From: Octopus vulgaris
Lineage: Eukaryota
NCBI GenBank assembly: GCA_951406725.2
Contig: CATOCA020000002.1
Span: 186,001-250,000, forward strand
DNA: 64,000 nucleotides
Direction of reading: 5' to 3'
The notes under the pieces were generated by a model. The model ran no database searches, was not told the DNA's origin, and saw only the letters and a program-made list of their open reading frames with translations. Position numbers and translations under genes: made by a program. This document shows positions 25,665-38,400 of the stretch, piece by piece; position 1 is the first letter of the stretch, and every line of letters starts with the position of its first letter.

Positions 25665-28392
25665 TTTTTTTTTATTTTATCTAGTTTCAGCTCATGAGCT
25701 GTGGCCATGCTGGGGCATCGCCAATATCTATAGATTTAATATTTCACACAATAATAAAAATATTACCTAATTATTAAAAAAGGAATACTCTAACGAAACT
25801 AATTCTCAACTCCTGCTGCAGGTGTGCAACATTGCTGGGGTTCTGTATTTTCTGCAAGATTTTCGTATCATCTGCATAGCTTCCCAGAGTGGCTATCTGG
25901 GCATTTGAGGGCATATCTGAGAGGGCCACTATAAAAAGCAGTGGTCCCAAGACAGTGCCCTGTGGAACACCGCTCACTATTTGTGTGTTCATAGAGGTGG
26001 CTCCATTAACCACTACGGCCTGACTCCTACCTTTCAGAAAGTCATGTAACCACTCTCCAAGTTTTCCAGCTTTGCCAAGGTCATGCAGTTTGTGGCATAT
26101 CATATCATGATCTACCTTGTCAAAAGCTTTTGCAAAATCAAGGTATATTACGTCCACATTTGATTTGTTGAGTAACTGCCTCAACACCCAGTCATAATGT
26201 TGTAAGAGCTGGGTCAGGCAGCTCCTACCTGGTCAAAAACCATGCTGGGTATCACTCAGCAAGTTATTTTCCTCAAGGAATGTGATTAGTTTCTTTCTGA
26301 CTATCCGATCCATGATTTTACTGATGTGTGAAGTCAGAGAGATAGGTCTATAGTTTTTGGCATCTGCTCTACTTCCCCCTTTATGTATTGGGCATATTAT
26401 TCCCTCCTTTAGCTTGCTTGGCAGTCTGCCATTTGTAAGAAAGCTCTGGAAGAGAATCTGGAGGGGTTTTGCCAGGGCATGCTTACACGCTTTGAGGAGG
26501 ATTGCTGGGAAACCATCAGGACCAGCAGTTGAGTTTGTGTCCACTTCATCTATGGCTAGTAGTATATCTTCTTCGCTAATGTCAATGTATTCCATTGTAA
26601 CTGCCTTGCTGGTTATAGGTGAGGCAGCAAAGAAGACCACTGGTTCGTTCACTTGTCTGTGTTCTAACGGGGTGGTAAAGACACTTTTGAACTGGTCATT
26701 CAGTATCTCACTGATCTTAGTTGGACTGTCTGTGAGAGAGCTATCCTCTTGAGGAGGGGTCCTATCTTGAAGTGCATTGAGGCTGTTTCTTTCGCGTAAT
26801 GAAAGAAGGCCTTTGTGTTTGACTTAATGTTTTTTATAACCCAGGCTTCTTTGTCTGCGTTCTCCCTCACATAGGATTGTTGCAGCCTTTTTTCAATCTC
26901 CATCAGTGTTGTTTTTAGGCAGGACGTTTCGCTACTTTTGGGATGTTGGTTGAGTCGATTTGCAAACTTCGTCTGTGGTCTCATGAGGATCTTCCTCTCC
27001 CTTGGAATCTTGCTCCTATTTGTTTTGGCCTTGTGTTCTGGGACATATTACTGGCATATGGCTTGCACAGAAGACATGAAACATTCTAGTTTCATGTCAA
27101 TGTCTGGTGTGGAGAGACATTTCAGCCAGTCCTCTCTGAGGATCTCTTTTTGGATTGATTTCCAATCTGCTTTGTGGAAGTTCAGATTGGAGAGATTTCG
27201 GGTGCTTCCTTTAGACTGTATGTCTCTGGTTACTTTCGACCCAAACATAGACAGCTCTATTATGTTGTGATCCAAGACTAATGTCGGTGTCACTTTCACA
27301 TCACGAATGATGTCCATATTGTTCGTGAAGCAGAGATCCAGAATGTTATTTGCCCTAGTTGGTCTGAGTACAGCTTGCTCTATGAATAGGCATTGGTGAG
27401 GTTGAGCAGGGACTCACACCTGTGCTTGCTTGCAATGAGTCATTCCTGAGAGTATGAGACCTTCAGGCCATTTGACGTTGGGGAAGTTGAAATCACACAT
27501 AAGAAATATGGTCACTTGGTGTTCCAGATTCATGAGGATTTCTTTAATTTTTGTGAGGCAATCTTCAAACTTGCCTATAAGGTTTGGGACATCTGGTGGG
27601 CAATATGTATTGCATATGACTATATTATGTTCTCTTATGTATACAATTAGAGTGTCACATACCGAATTTGAGTATGACAGTAAGAGCTGGGGTGTGAGGT
27701 CATCACAGATGTATACAGCAACTCCACCATGGCTCCTTTCCCTTCTGTCTGTTCGCAGTATGGCATAGTTTCGTATGTATACTTCTGCGTCCTCTATATC
27801 AGGGCTGAGGTGAGTTTCCACGAGTGCTATGCATAGGGCTTGATTGCATGCAGTAAGATCTCTCAGGAAAGAAATTTGTTTCTATTTTGATGCAACAGGT
27901 CCTCAATATTTAGTAAAAGTATTGGGGTGACAGCTGTGCAGGCGTTAGAGGAGGCCATCCCGTGTCTGTTGACTGTGGTCTTGCATAGGGGTGGGCAAGG
28001 TTCCTTCTTTGTGCTTAGTATAGCCAGGTTAGCTGCTGTACAATCCTTTGAGCCATGCACAAAAAAGACTCTTGCTCAGCTGCTGCATTCTGCAGAACAT
28101 CTGAGGAGCACACTTCTTTTCTGAATGTTTTCCTTGGAGACATCTGTTGTCCTTCTTCAGTGAAGTTTCTCTTTTTAAGGCCCCTGTAGTTCTGGCAGGG
28201 TGTCGGGTGGGCAAACCGGTAGTTTTTGCCGTCCTCCCCATGCCAACATTTGCCCTGCAGGTAAAATTTGCAGGTTCTTGAGTGCCTTCCAGATTTCTTC
28301 TTTCTTGTAGGGTTTGGGATAGCATAGGATTCTCCATGGGATTTTCTGTTGTTTATTTGGTGGGTCGGGGTTTCGTTTTGGTCGTTTTGCCT
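25665..28392 (-). mobile_element. CR1-like LINE (ORF1 remnant, APE endonuclease, RT, internally deleted 3' end and tail)
   Basis: ETHL, RTDR...HGGVAVY, DFNFP, LDLCF, DHNII, YRPISLTS, DFAKAFD, GVPQGTVLGP, YADD; tail at 25680-25722. Confidence 0.92.
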
Positions 28393-28453
<61 letters not shown>

Positions 28454-29265
28454 TCAAGAGTTAAGTAAACATTTTTATTTAAGAAATATTATTGTATTCT
28501 ATATAACTATTGATTGTTAAATTTGTATTTATAATTATCTTAGTTGTTAATGATAATTTAGATATGTACATTTATTTAATTATTATTCATATATAATTAT
28601 TATAACTGAACTTAAATTTTAAGATATTAGTTAGTCACTGTGGTATATAGATCATAAAAATTTTTTTTGATAATGATGATGATAGTGATGATAACAGTAA
28701 TAATAAGATTGTTTTAAAGATAGGTTATACGGTTTTAATTTGATTTTTCAATTTTTCAATTGTATTTTATAAATATATTCTATAGATATTTATAATATTT
28801 ATGTAAGTAATAATGGACTAATTTATTTTTGGTTATACGCTTATATATTTATTGATAGAGAAAATTTTAGATTTTTAATCACTATATTTGTTGATTATAA
28901 TTTAGATACTTAATGTTTTGCATTTTTTATTTTATAATTATTAGATGTGAACTTAAATCTAAAAATATTAATAGTGATAATTTTGTTAAATAATTTGGTA
29001 ATTAAATATTGGAGTATAACTGAGTTAAAGATATTCGATAATTTATTATGTTTTTTAAGCCAAATTATATCTTCAAAAATAAATACATATTTACCTTAAA
29101 AATTAAATATTTAACATAATGAATGTGTTGTAGGAAATAATCATAATGTTTTAAGTTTCAAATTTAGTTAAATGGAGTTTTTTCTATAAGAAAAATTATT
29201 ACTTTATTTATTTTTTAAATAAATATTGTTTAACTCTATTTGCTCATTTATTTAACTATTAACAT

Positions 29266-29368
29266 TAAGATGAAGACTGACTATAATTTTAAATCGAATT
29301 TATTTCAATTGAATTTAGACTTAATTGTAATTCGAATTTAATTGTAGCCATGAAACGTACGTAGTTTT
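29266..29368 (+). ncRNA. Degenerate hammerhead motif at the end of a very AT-rich PLE-type 3' region
   Basis: aTGAAGA ctgactataatt...aattgtagccat GAAA cgtacg TA gttt. Confidence 0.55.
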
Positions 29369-29532
29369 TTTTACTTATTATATATTGATCATTCATTTTA
29401 TACATTTTGAGATCTAGTTATATGTTTTATAAAAATATATATTTGTTATTTATGTTTTGGTTTATGTCTATCACTGTTTGAGTCGCATAATAGTGGTTTT
29501 ATCTCTAATTTATATTTTATATATATATATAG

Positions 29533-29564
<32 letters not shown>

Positions 29565-29846
29565 TTAATTAATAAGGGTGAGAGAATTAGATACTAATTT
29601 AATAGTATATTTATTCAACACCAAGTGGCCTAGTGCTTCGAGAAACCTGGATTATTATAATATTTTATAACATATTATAATATTTTTACAAAATAAATAT
29701 AAGAGAGTGGTCACTATATTGCTCACTCTAGCACCAGTTAATCCAAAAGGTTTCAACCACGAAAATACATGCTTACCATGAAAGTCAGTACGATTGTTAG
29801 CTCACACGGACAGGGCAAATAAAAAATAACAAAAATACAGATTATT

Positions 29847-29926
29847 TTGGGACAATTGTTTCGCTATTAATGAATTAAATGTAATTTTACTTACAAAAAA
29901 AAATCCATTTGTAGCTCGTCAGCCAA
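29847..29926 (-). ncRNA. Type-I hammerhead ribozyme
   Basis: Reverse complement of the motif at 30885-30963. Confidence 0.85.
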
Positions 29927-30884
29927 GACTATCTGGATGAAATCCGCTCAATCACACGCCAGATTTTACCATAACGATAAATACGCGTGTGGTTCAATTG
30001 ATTACATCCGACGTTATAATTCAAATGCCCCAACCAACAGCGCGCCAAACTTACACGGAAAACAAATACAGCATTTAGAAATAAATGCAGCATAATTATA
30101 ATTAATTAATAAGGGTGAGAGAATTAGATACTAATTTAATAGTATATTTATTCAACACCAAGTGGCCTAGTGCTTCGAGAAACCTGGATTATTATAATAT
30201 TTTATAACATATTATAATATTTTTACAAAATAAATATAAGAGAGTGGTCACTATATTGCTCACTCTAGCACCAGTTAATCCAAAAGGTTTCAACCACGAA
30301 AATACATGCTTACCATGAAAGTCAGTACGATTGTTAGCTCACACGGACAGGGCAAATAAAAAATAACAAAAATACAGATTATTTTGGGACAATTGTTTCG
30401 CTATTAATGAATTAAATGTAATTTTAAAATAATCTGTATTTTTGTTATTTTTTATTTGCCCTGTCCGTGTGAGCTAACAATCGTACTGACTTTCATGGTA
30501 AGCATGTATTTTCGTGGTTGAAACCTTTTGGATTAACTGGTGCTAGAGTGAGCAATATAGTGACCACTCTCTTATATTTATTTTGTAAAAATATTATAAT
30601 ATGTTATAAAATATTATAATAATCCAGGTTTCTCGAAGCACTAGGCCACTTGGTGTTGAATAAATATACTATTAAATTAGTATCTAATTCTCTCACCCTT
30701 ATTAATTAATTATAATTATGCTGCATTTATTTCTAAATGCTGTATTTGTTTTCCGTGTAAGTTTGGCGCGCTGTTGGTTGGGGCATTTGAATTATAACGT
30801 CGGATGTAATCAATTGAACCACACGCGTATTTATCGTTATGGTAAAATATGGCGTGTGATTGAGCGGATTTCATCCAGATAGTC

Positions 30885-30963
30885 TTGGCTGACGAGCTAC
30901 AAATGGATTTTTTTTGTAAGTAAAATTACATTTAATTCATTAATAGCGAAACAATTGTCCCAA
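30885..30963 (+). ncRNA. Type-I hammerhead ribozyme
   Basis: ttgg CTGACGA gcta...tagc GAAA caattg TC ccaa; predicted cleavage after 30959. Confidence 0.88.
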
Positions 30964-31420
30964 AATAATCTGTATTTTTGTTATTTTTTATTTGCCCTGT
31001 CCGTGTGAGCTAACAATCGTACTGACTTTCATGGTAAGCATGTATTTTCGTGGTTGAAACCTTTTGGATTAACTGGTGCTAGAGTGAGCAATATAGTGAC
31101 CACTCTCTTATATTTATTTTGTAAAAATATTATAATATGTTATAAAATATTATAATAATCCAGGTTTCTCGAAGCACTAGGCCACTTGGTGTTGAATAAA
31201 TATACTATTAAATTAGTATCTAATTCTCTCACCCTTATTAATTAATTATAATTATGCTGCATTTATTTCTAAATGCTGTATTTGTTTTCCGTGTAAGTTT
31301 GGCGCGCTGTTGGTTGGGGCATTTGAATTATAACGTCGGATGTAATCAATTGAACCACACGCGTATTTATCGTTATGGTAAAATCTGGCGTGTGATTGAG
31401 CGGATTTCATCCAGATAGTC

Positions 31421-31499
31421 TTGGCTGACGAGCTACAAATGGATTTTTTTTGTAAGTAAAATTACATTTAATTCATTAATAGCGAAACAATTGTCCCAA
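31421..31499 (+). ncRNA. Type-I hammerhead ribozyme
   Basis: Identical motif one unit downstream; predicted cleavage after 31495. Confidence 0.88.
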
Positions 31500-31653
31500 A
31501 ATAATCTGTATTTTTGTTATTTTTTATTTGCCCTGTCCGTGTGAGCTAACAATCGTACTGACTTTCATGGTAAGCATGTATTTTCGTGGTTGAAACCTTT
31601 TGGATTAACTGGTGCTAGAGTGAGCAATATAGTGACCACTCTCTTATATTTAT

Positions 31654-31696
<43 letters not shown>

Positions 31697-31909
31697 CAAA
31701 ATTAGAAAATGGAGAAACATACTTAAATCAATCAAACATCAACCATCAGATGATACCCAATCAATACTGTATTACACCATTACATAACAGTAAAGGCATT
31801 GTTGGGTACCTCTCTAGCAGTATATTGGATATATATTATCCCACGGTGGGTTGAATTTTCAACCCTTATCTCATTTTATAACTGATATATATATATATAT
31901 ATATATATA

Positions 31910-32310
31910 TAGTAATATAAATATTTTATAATTATATACATAATTATAGCAAGGGCTTTGCTTGCACCTCACCACACACTGAAAACTAGACGTCAAAAGA
32001 CACTATTGCCACCGTAAATTCTCCAAGAAAAACACACTGCACATAGGCCAGTAGAAGAAAGAACATGAAATACAAACTTTGGTTAATCCCGTACATGATC
32101 GTGTTTCGGTTAAAGTAATACAAAACTATACCTGTTTGCCCTCATCAGCAACGGTATACCCAACCATATAAACACTCGTATTTATATGGCTGGGTATACC
32201 GTCGCTGATGAGGGCAAAAAGGTAAAGTTTTGTATTACTTTAAGCCCGAAACACGATCATGTATGCATTTAACCAAAGTTTGTAATTCATGTTTTTTCTT
32301 GTACTGTGTG
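31910..32310. mobile_element. Fold-back pseudo-LTR fragment with a hammerhead in both arms (32088-32152 minus, 32201-32266 plus)
   Basis: CTGATGA gggc...gccc GAAA cacgatcat GTA; arms about 32045-32172 and 32181-32305; related copy at 33580-33850. Confidence 0.75.
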
Positions 32311-32332
32311 TGTGTGTATGGTTATATATATA

Positions 32333-32364
<32 letters not shown>

Positions 32365-32365
<1 letters not shown>

Positions 32366-32545
32366 CATCATTGTCATCGTTTAGCGTCCGCTTTCCATGA
32401 TAGTATGGGTTGGACAGTTCAACTGGGGTCTGGGAAGCTAGAAGGCTGCACCAGGCCAGTCTGATCTGGCAATGTTTCTACAGCTGAATGCCCATCCTAA
32501 TGCCAGCCACTCCGTGAGTGTAGTGGGTGCTTTTTACGTGCCAAT
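32365..32545 (-). mobile_element. RTE 3' tail
   Basis: catcgtttagcgtccgctttccatg...gcccatcctaatgcc. Confidence 0.8.
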
Positions 32546-32565
32546 ACATATATATATATTACTAT

Positions 32566-33141
32566 AGAACTAAGTTTGTAAAAGTTTTTAATTTTCATCT
32601 CATTAAATTTATCCAGCTTTTGTGTATCTAGTACACACTTCGCCTTTTAATGTACTTATATATGAATAATATATGGCGTGTCCTAGAACACCAGCGATAA
32701 TAATTAATTTTATTGTATCGCATTTGACTTTGTTTACGTATTTTCTCGATAAAATTTTGAGCGTTAGACGTTATACCAGAAAACCCTATTTTGTTGGGTA
32801 CGTTCTGAGTCTGCGCAGTGATTTGAATAGTTTAGAAAGAGCAATTTAATAGACGCATGTGCCTCTATTGATGTGCGCTTCCCATAATAACAGGAATCTT
32901 ACTGAAGAGCCTACCTGAGTAAATAAATATTATTTTTATTGCTGAAATAGGCGAAACTGCAGTCTAAGAAGAACTAAGTTTGTAAAAGTTTTTAATTTTC
33001 ATCTCATTAAATTTATCCAGCTTTTGTGTATCTAGTACACACTTCGCCTTTTAATGTACTTATATATGAATAATATATGGCGTGTCCTAGAACACCAGCG
33101 ATAATAATTAATTTTATTGTATCGCATTTGACTTTGTTTAC

Positions 33142-33143
<2 letters not shown>
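32566..33143 (+). mobile_element. ORF-less 404-bp unit plus ~174-bp terminal redundancy with hammerhead; retrozyme-like
   Basis: 32566-32739 is repeated at 32970-33143; flanked by (TA)n. Confidence 0.85.
32897..32969 (+). ncRNA. Type-I hammerhead ribozyme
   Basis: tctta CTGAAGA gccta...taggc GAAA ctgcag TC taaga; all three stems perfect. Confidence 0.9.
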
Positions 33144-33208
<65 letters not shown>

Positions 33209-33226
33209 CAGATATAGATATATATA

Positions 33227-33535
33227 GTGAGTGCAGTGGGTGTTTTTTACGTGCCACCGGCACAGGAGCCAGAGCAGACTGGCAAATGGCCACGATTGGT
33301 TGGTGCTTTTAAGTGTCACCGACACGGACACCAGTCAGGCGACGCTAGTATATGCCACATTCGAACAGCGCTTTTTACATGTCACCGGCACGGGTGTCTT
33401 AACTACAATTTCAATTTGAATTTTGATTTTGATGTTGACGAACTTGACTCAACAGGTCTCCTCAAGAACAGCGGTTCATTCTACGATCCAAGGTTAGCAC
33501 AGCAGGCTGCCCTGCGAGCCATGAACTCACTTCAT
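33227..33535 (-). mobile_element. RTE 3' UTR fragment
   Basis: Minisatellite units tttacgtgccaccggcacagg. Confidence 0.75.
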
Positions 33536-33536
33536 T

Positions 33537-33576
<40 letters not shown>

Positions 33577-33925
33577 TACTATAATAATAATAAAGGGTAA
33601 ATTCATAAATGAGTTTTACCAAGTAGTCAGTGTGAAAATAAAACCTCGTAGGTCAATTAATATAAATATTTTATCATTATATACATAATTATAGTAAGGG
33701 CTTGGCTTTCACCTCACAATGCACTAAAAAATAGACATCAAAAGACACTATTTCCACCATAAATTCTCCGAGAAAAGCACACTGCATGTAAGTGTAGTGT
33801 GTTTTTCTCGGAGAATTTATGGTGGAAATAGTGTTTTTTTACGTCTATTTATACATATGTACTCATCATATATATATATGAATAGATATATGTATATATA
33901 TGTGTATATATTTTTTACATACATA

Positions 33926-33984
<59 letters not shown>

Positions 33985-34064
33985 CATATATGCATATATA
34001 GGTATTATTTATATTATATATATATGTATATATGGATAGATATATATACATATTGTTTATATAT

Positions 34065-34141
<77 letters not shown>

Positions 34142-34159
34142 AAAAAGGAGATGTGGAAC

Positions 34160-34879
34160 ACGAGTTGTGATATATAAAAAAGGAAATGAAGAAAATGCTG
34201 ACAAAATAAATTAAGTAATTTAAGTAATTTAATTAGGTGAAAGTTCTTTTTACCGGTTGCGCATTTGTTATGCTTATCAAAAGAAATTTTTTTAAGAGAG
34301 ATAGAGTTTCTTTCTGATAGATATTTTCCTCTTATCTGACTTTATGTTGGGTTTGCTATCTCTTATATGTGAAAAAAGAGGCTCCAGAGTTGTTTAAGAT
34401 TTGCTTGGTTTCGCGCCTAAAATTTCTTGTGGACAATGGTCAATACAATTTTGATTGGTCATTATGAAGAGGTCACGTGAATGTTTGAATGGAAGTTGGT
34501 GTTGGGGTAAGAAAAAAGGCTCCAGAAGTTAAAATTTGGCTAGTGTCACGCCTAAAATTTCTTATTGGTCATAATAAAGAGGTCACGTGGATGTGGTCAT
34601 AATAGAGAGGTCACGTGTCAAAATTGTATTGACCATTGTCCACAAGAAATTTTAGGCGCGAAACCAAGCAAATCTTAAACAACTCTGGAGCCTCTTTTTC
34701 ACATATAAGAGACAGCAAACCCAACATAAAGTCAGATAAGAGGAAAAAATCTATCAGAAAGAAACTCTATCTCTCTTAAAAAAATTTCTTTTGATAAGCA
34801 TAACAAATGCGCAACCGGTAAAAAGAACTTTCACCTAATTAAATTACTTAAATTATTTTGTCAGCATTTTCTTCATTTC

Positions 34880-34886
<7 letters not shown>
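34160..34886. repeat. Near-perfect ~290 bp inverted repeat with internally repetitive spacer
   Basis: About 34170-34452 is the reverse complement of about 34619-34886; gaggtcacgtg occurs three times in the spacer. Confidence 0.85.
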
Positions 34887-34940
<54 letters not shown>

Positions 34941-35205
34941 AAAATATTAGAAAAAAACCCACCTTTTATCAATTCAAAACGAATAATTAAATTACACCAT
35001 CTAGAAAATTACATATAGTAGAAAAGTTGAAATTATAATAACAATAAAAAGTAAAGATAAAGTAAATTACATTTTGAATTGATAAAAGGTGTTTTTTTTC
35101 TAATATTTTATATATATATATTATATTGTGTGGAATTTGATTTAATATTTCTAAATTAAATTCTTTTTCCTTGTAAGTTTGGATTTTATTCCCTCAAATA
35201 AAAAT

Positions 35206-35261
<56 letters not shown>

Positions 35262-35407
35262 GGATGAGTGTATTTTACCTTGTTAACAATTAACACGGAT
35301 AAATGAATGAATAGTTACCAGGGCAGCAAAAATCTCACAGTGGAATTTTTGAAATATATGTAGAAAGTAAAAATACTTGTTTAAACCTGCGTTAACTCCA
35401 TTTTTTA

Positions 35408-35446
<39 letters not shown>

Positions 35447-35468
35447 TGTTTTTATTTATATATATATA

Positions 35469-38400
35469 TCATCATCATCGTTTAACATCCGTTTTCCATG
35501 CTAGCATGGGTTGGACGGTTCGACCGGGGTCTGGGAAGTCAGGAGGCTGCACCAGGCTCCAGTCTGATCTGGCAGTGTTTCTACAACTGGATGCCCTTCC
35601 TAACGCCAACAACTCCGTGAGTGTAGTGGGTGATTTTTATGTGCCAGGGGAGGCTTGCAACGGCCATGATCGGTTGGTGCATTTTACGTGCTGCCAGCAT
35701 GGAAGCCAGCCATGGTGGCGCTGGCACTGACTGCGTACGGATGGTGCTTTTTACATGCCACCGGCACAGGTGCCAGGGGAGGCTGGAAATGGACACGATC
35801 GGTTGGTGGTTTTTATGTGCCACTGACACGGAAGCCAGTCAAGGCGGTACTGGTATCGGCCACGTATGGACGGTGCTTTTTACATGCCACAGGATAGGCT
35901 GTCAATGGCCACGAACAGTTGGTGCTTTTTATGTGCCACCGGCACGGAAGCCAGTCAAGATGGTGCTGGCATCAGCCACGTACAGATGCTGCTTTTTACG
36001 TGCCACCGGCACAGGTGGCAGGGGAGGCTGGCAGCGGCCTCAATTGGTAGGTGCTTTTTACAAGCTACCGGCACGGAAGCCAGTCAATGCGGCGCTGGCT
36101 TCGGCCATGTACGGATGGTGCATTTGTCATGCCACCGGCACAGGTATCGCAACCACAATTTCCATTTGATTTTTGAATCGGTAGGTCTCCTCAAGCACAG
36201 CAGGTCACCCTACGATCCAAGGCACTTTGGAAGGGTTGGGGCTTCTATGTGAAGCTGGTGTAGGAAACAGCCATGAACTCACATTATTTGTTGGGTCTTC
36301 GCAGTCACAGCATATCTCCAGAGGTCTCGGTCTTCCGTTATTGCCAACATTCGAAGGTCATGCTTGTCTTCCAGGGTCTACTCTACTCCGGATTCCTTCA
36401 ACTTTTTGGGAGTGGCACATCTTCACACATCTCTCCTCATCTATCTGTAGTACATGACCATACCAGCGCAGACACTTTCTTGCATGCCACATCCAATGCT
36501 TCTTATGTCCAGCATTTCTCTCAGGGCACTTACACTCTGTCGGGTATGCACACTGACATTACACATCCAGCGGATCATGCAAGTTTCATTTCTTTCGAGC
36601 CTACGCATGTCCTCTGCACTCACAGACCATGTTTCACTACCATGACGCATGGCAGTTCGTACACATGTGTCATACAATCTACCTTTCATTCTGAGTGAGA
36701 GACCCTTTGTCACCAGTAGGGGTAGGAGCTTTCTGAACTTTACCCAGGCTATTCTTATTCTATTGGTAACACTCTCTGAGCATCCACCCCCACTACTAAC
36801 TTGGTCACCTAGGTAGCGGAAACTATCAACTACTTCTAGTTTCTTCCCCAGGAGTGTAATGGAATCTGTTTTCTCAGTATCAATGGTGTCTATTGCCCCT
36901 GTGCATCTGCTGCACACGAAAGCTATCTTCTCGGTTAATTTTCCTTTGATGTTGCTGCACCTCTTATGTGTCCATAGCATACACTGAGTACATCTTATGG
37001 AGTTTCTACCTAAACCTTTTCTACAGATTGAGCAAGGCCACCTACCTGAGGGTGTGTGTGGCGTGTTTGCCTTCCTACTTACTAGAACTTTGGTTTTTGC
37101 TACATTGGTCTTTGCTACATTGACTCTAAGGCCTTTTGATTCTAAATCTAGCTTCCACACCTGAAATTTCTTTTCTAGTTCTGGTAGTGATTCTATGAGG
37201 GCCAGGTCATCAGCATAGAGGAGCTCCAAGGGGCATCCTGTTTTGAATTCCTCTGTTATTGCCTGGAGGACTATGATGAATAAAAGGGGACTGAGAGCTG
37301 AACCTTGGTGGACCCCTACTTCTATACTCATTGCCAATCCTAACCTTGCTGACAGCCTCTCTGTAGAGGGCCTGTACAGCCTTTATTAACCATTCGACAA
37401 TCTCCAGTTTCCGTATCGCCCACCAGATAAGGGATCGGGGGACCCTGTCAAAGGCTTTCTTCAAGTCCATGAAAGCTATGTAGAGGGGTTTATCTTTAGC
37501 TAGGTATTTCCCCTGCAGTTGTTGAACCAGGAATATGGCATCAGTGGTGCTTCTACCCAGCACAAAACCGAACTGCATCTCATCTAAGCAAACTCTCTCC
37601 CTAATGAGATGGGCTATAACCCTCTCTGTGACCTTCATCACCTGATCCAACAGTTTAATACCCCTGTAGTTATTTCTATCTAGAGCATCACCTTTACTCT
37701 TGTAGCAGTTGACTATGGTGCTGCTACGCCAGTCATTGGGTATGACTCCATTATGAACTACCTGGTTTACAATGCGGGTGACTAGGCCATAGCCCACACC
37801 ACCAGATGTTTTAAGCATCTCAGTAGTGATTCCTGATGGGCTGGGGGGCTTTACCTGGTTTCATACCCTTAATTGCTTTATCTACTAGGGAGCTGTCTAT
37901 TTGGATAGCTGGTCCCTCTACGGGGTCAACATTTGGCAGGCTCCCTCCTCCCATTCATTTTCCACATTCAGCAGTCTCTCATAATGGCTTCTCCAAGCCT
38001 CTTTCTTTTCAGAAACATTGAAAGCAAGTGCATCATCATCCATGCGGACGCATTTCTCTCCTGTGATATCACAATTTTCTCTCACACACTGTCTTGCAAT
38101 CCGAAATACCTCAGTTCATTGGTCCTCATGTTGCTGGACATTGGCAACATTCTTCTTTTTTGCTTCACCCTTGGCTATGTATACCTGCCGCCCAGCCTCC
38201 CTTTTGGCTACCTGGTACAGTTCCCTGCTACCCCCATCCCTCCAGGTTTTCCAGGCCTGTTTCTTTGCTCTAATGGCTTTGTCTACTGTACTATTCCACC
38301 ACCATGTAACTCTAGGTCTGGAAGGGACTTTGCACCATCCACAGACATGTCTGTCTGCAAGCTGTCCCGTAAGAATTTCCAGTTACTTTCTATGTCCGAC

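Larger units (their letters stand above)
29560..31658. mobile_element. ORF-less 536-bp unit array (about 1.6 units minus, about 2.3 units plus, head-to-head) carrying hammerheads; retrozyme-like or PLE pseudo-LTR array
   Basis: Near-identical units with period 536-537; inversion point at about 30426; (TA)n on both flanks. Confidence 0.9.

Noticed and set aside
28450-29260. Extremely AT-rich tract resembling organellar DNA
   Set aside because: No mitochondrial gene or tRNA recognised; ends in an HHR-like motif as other PLE 3' regions do
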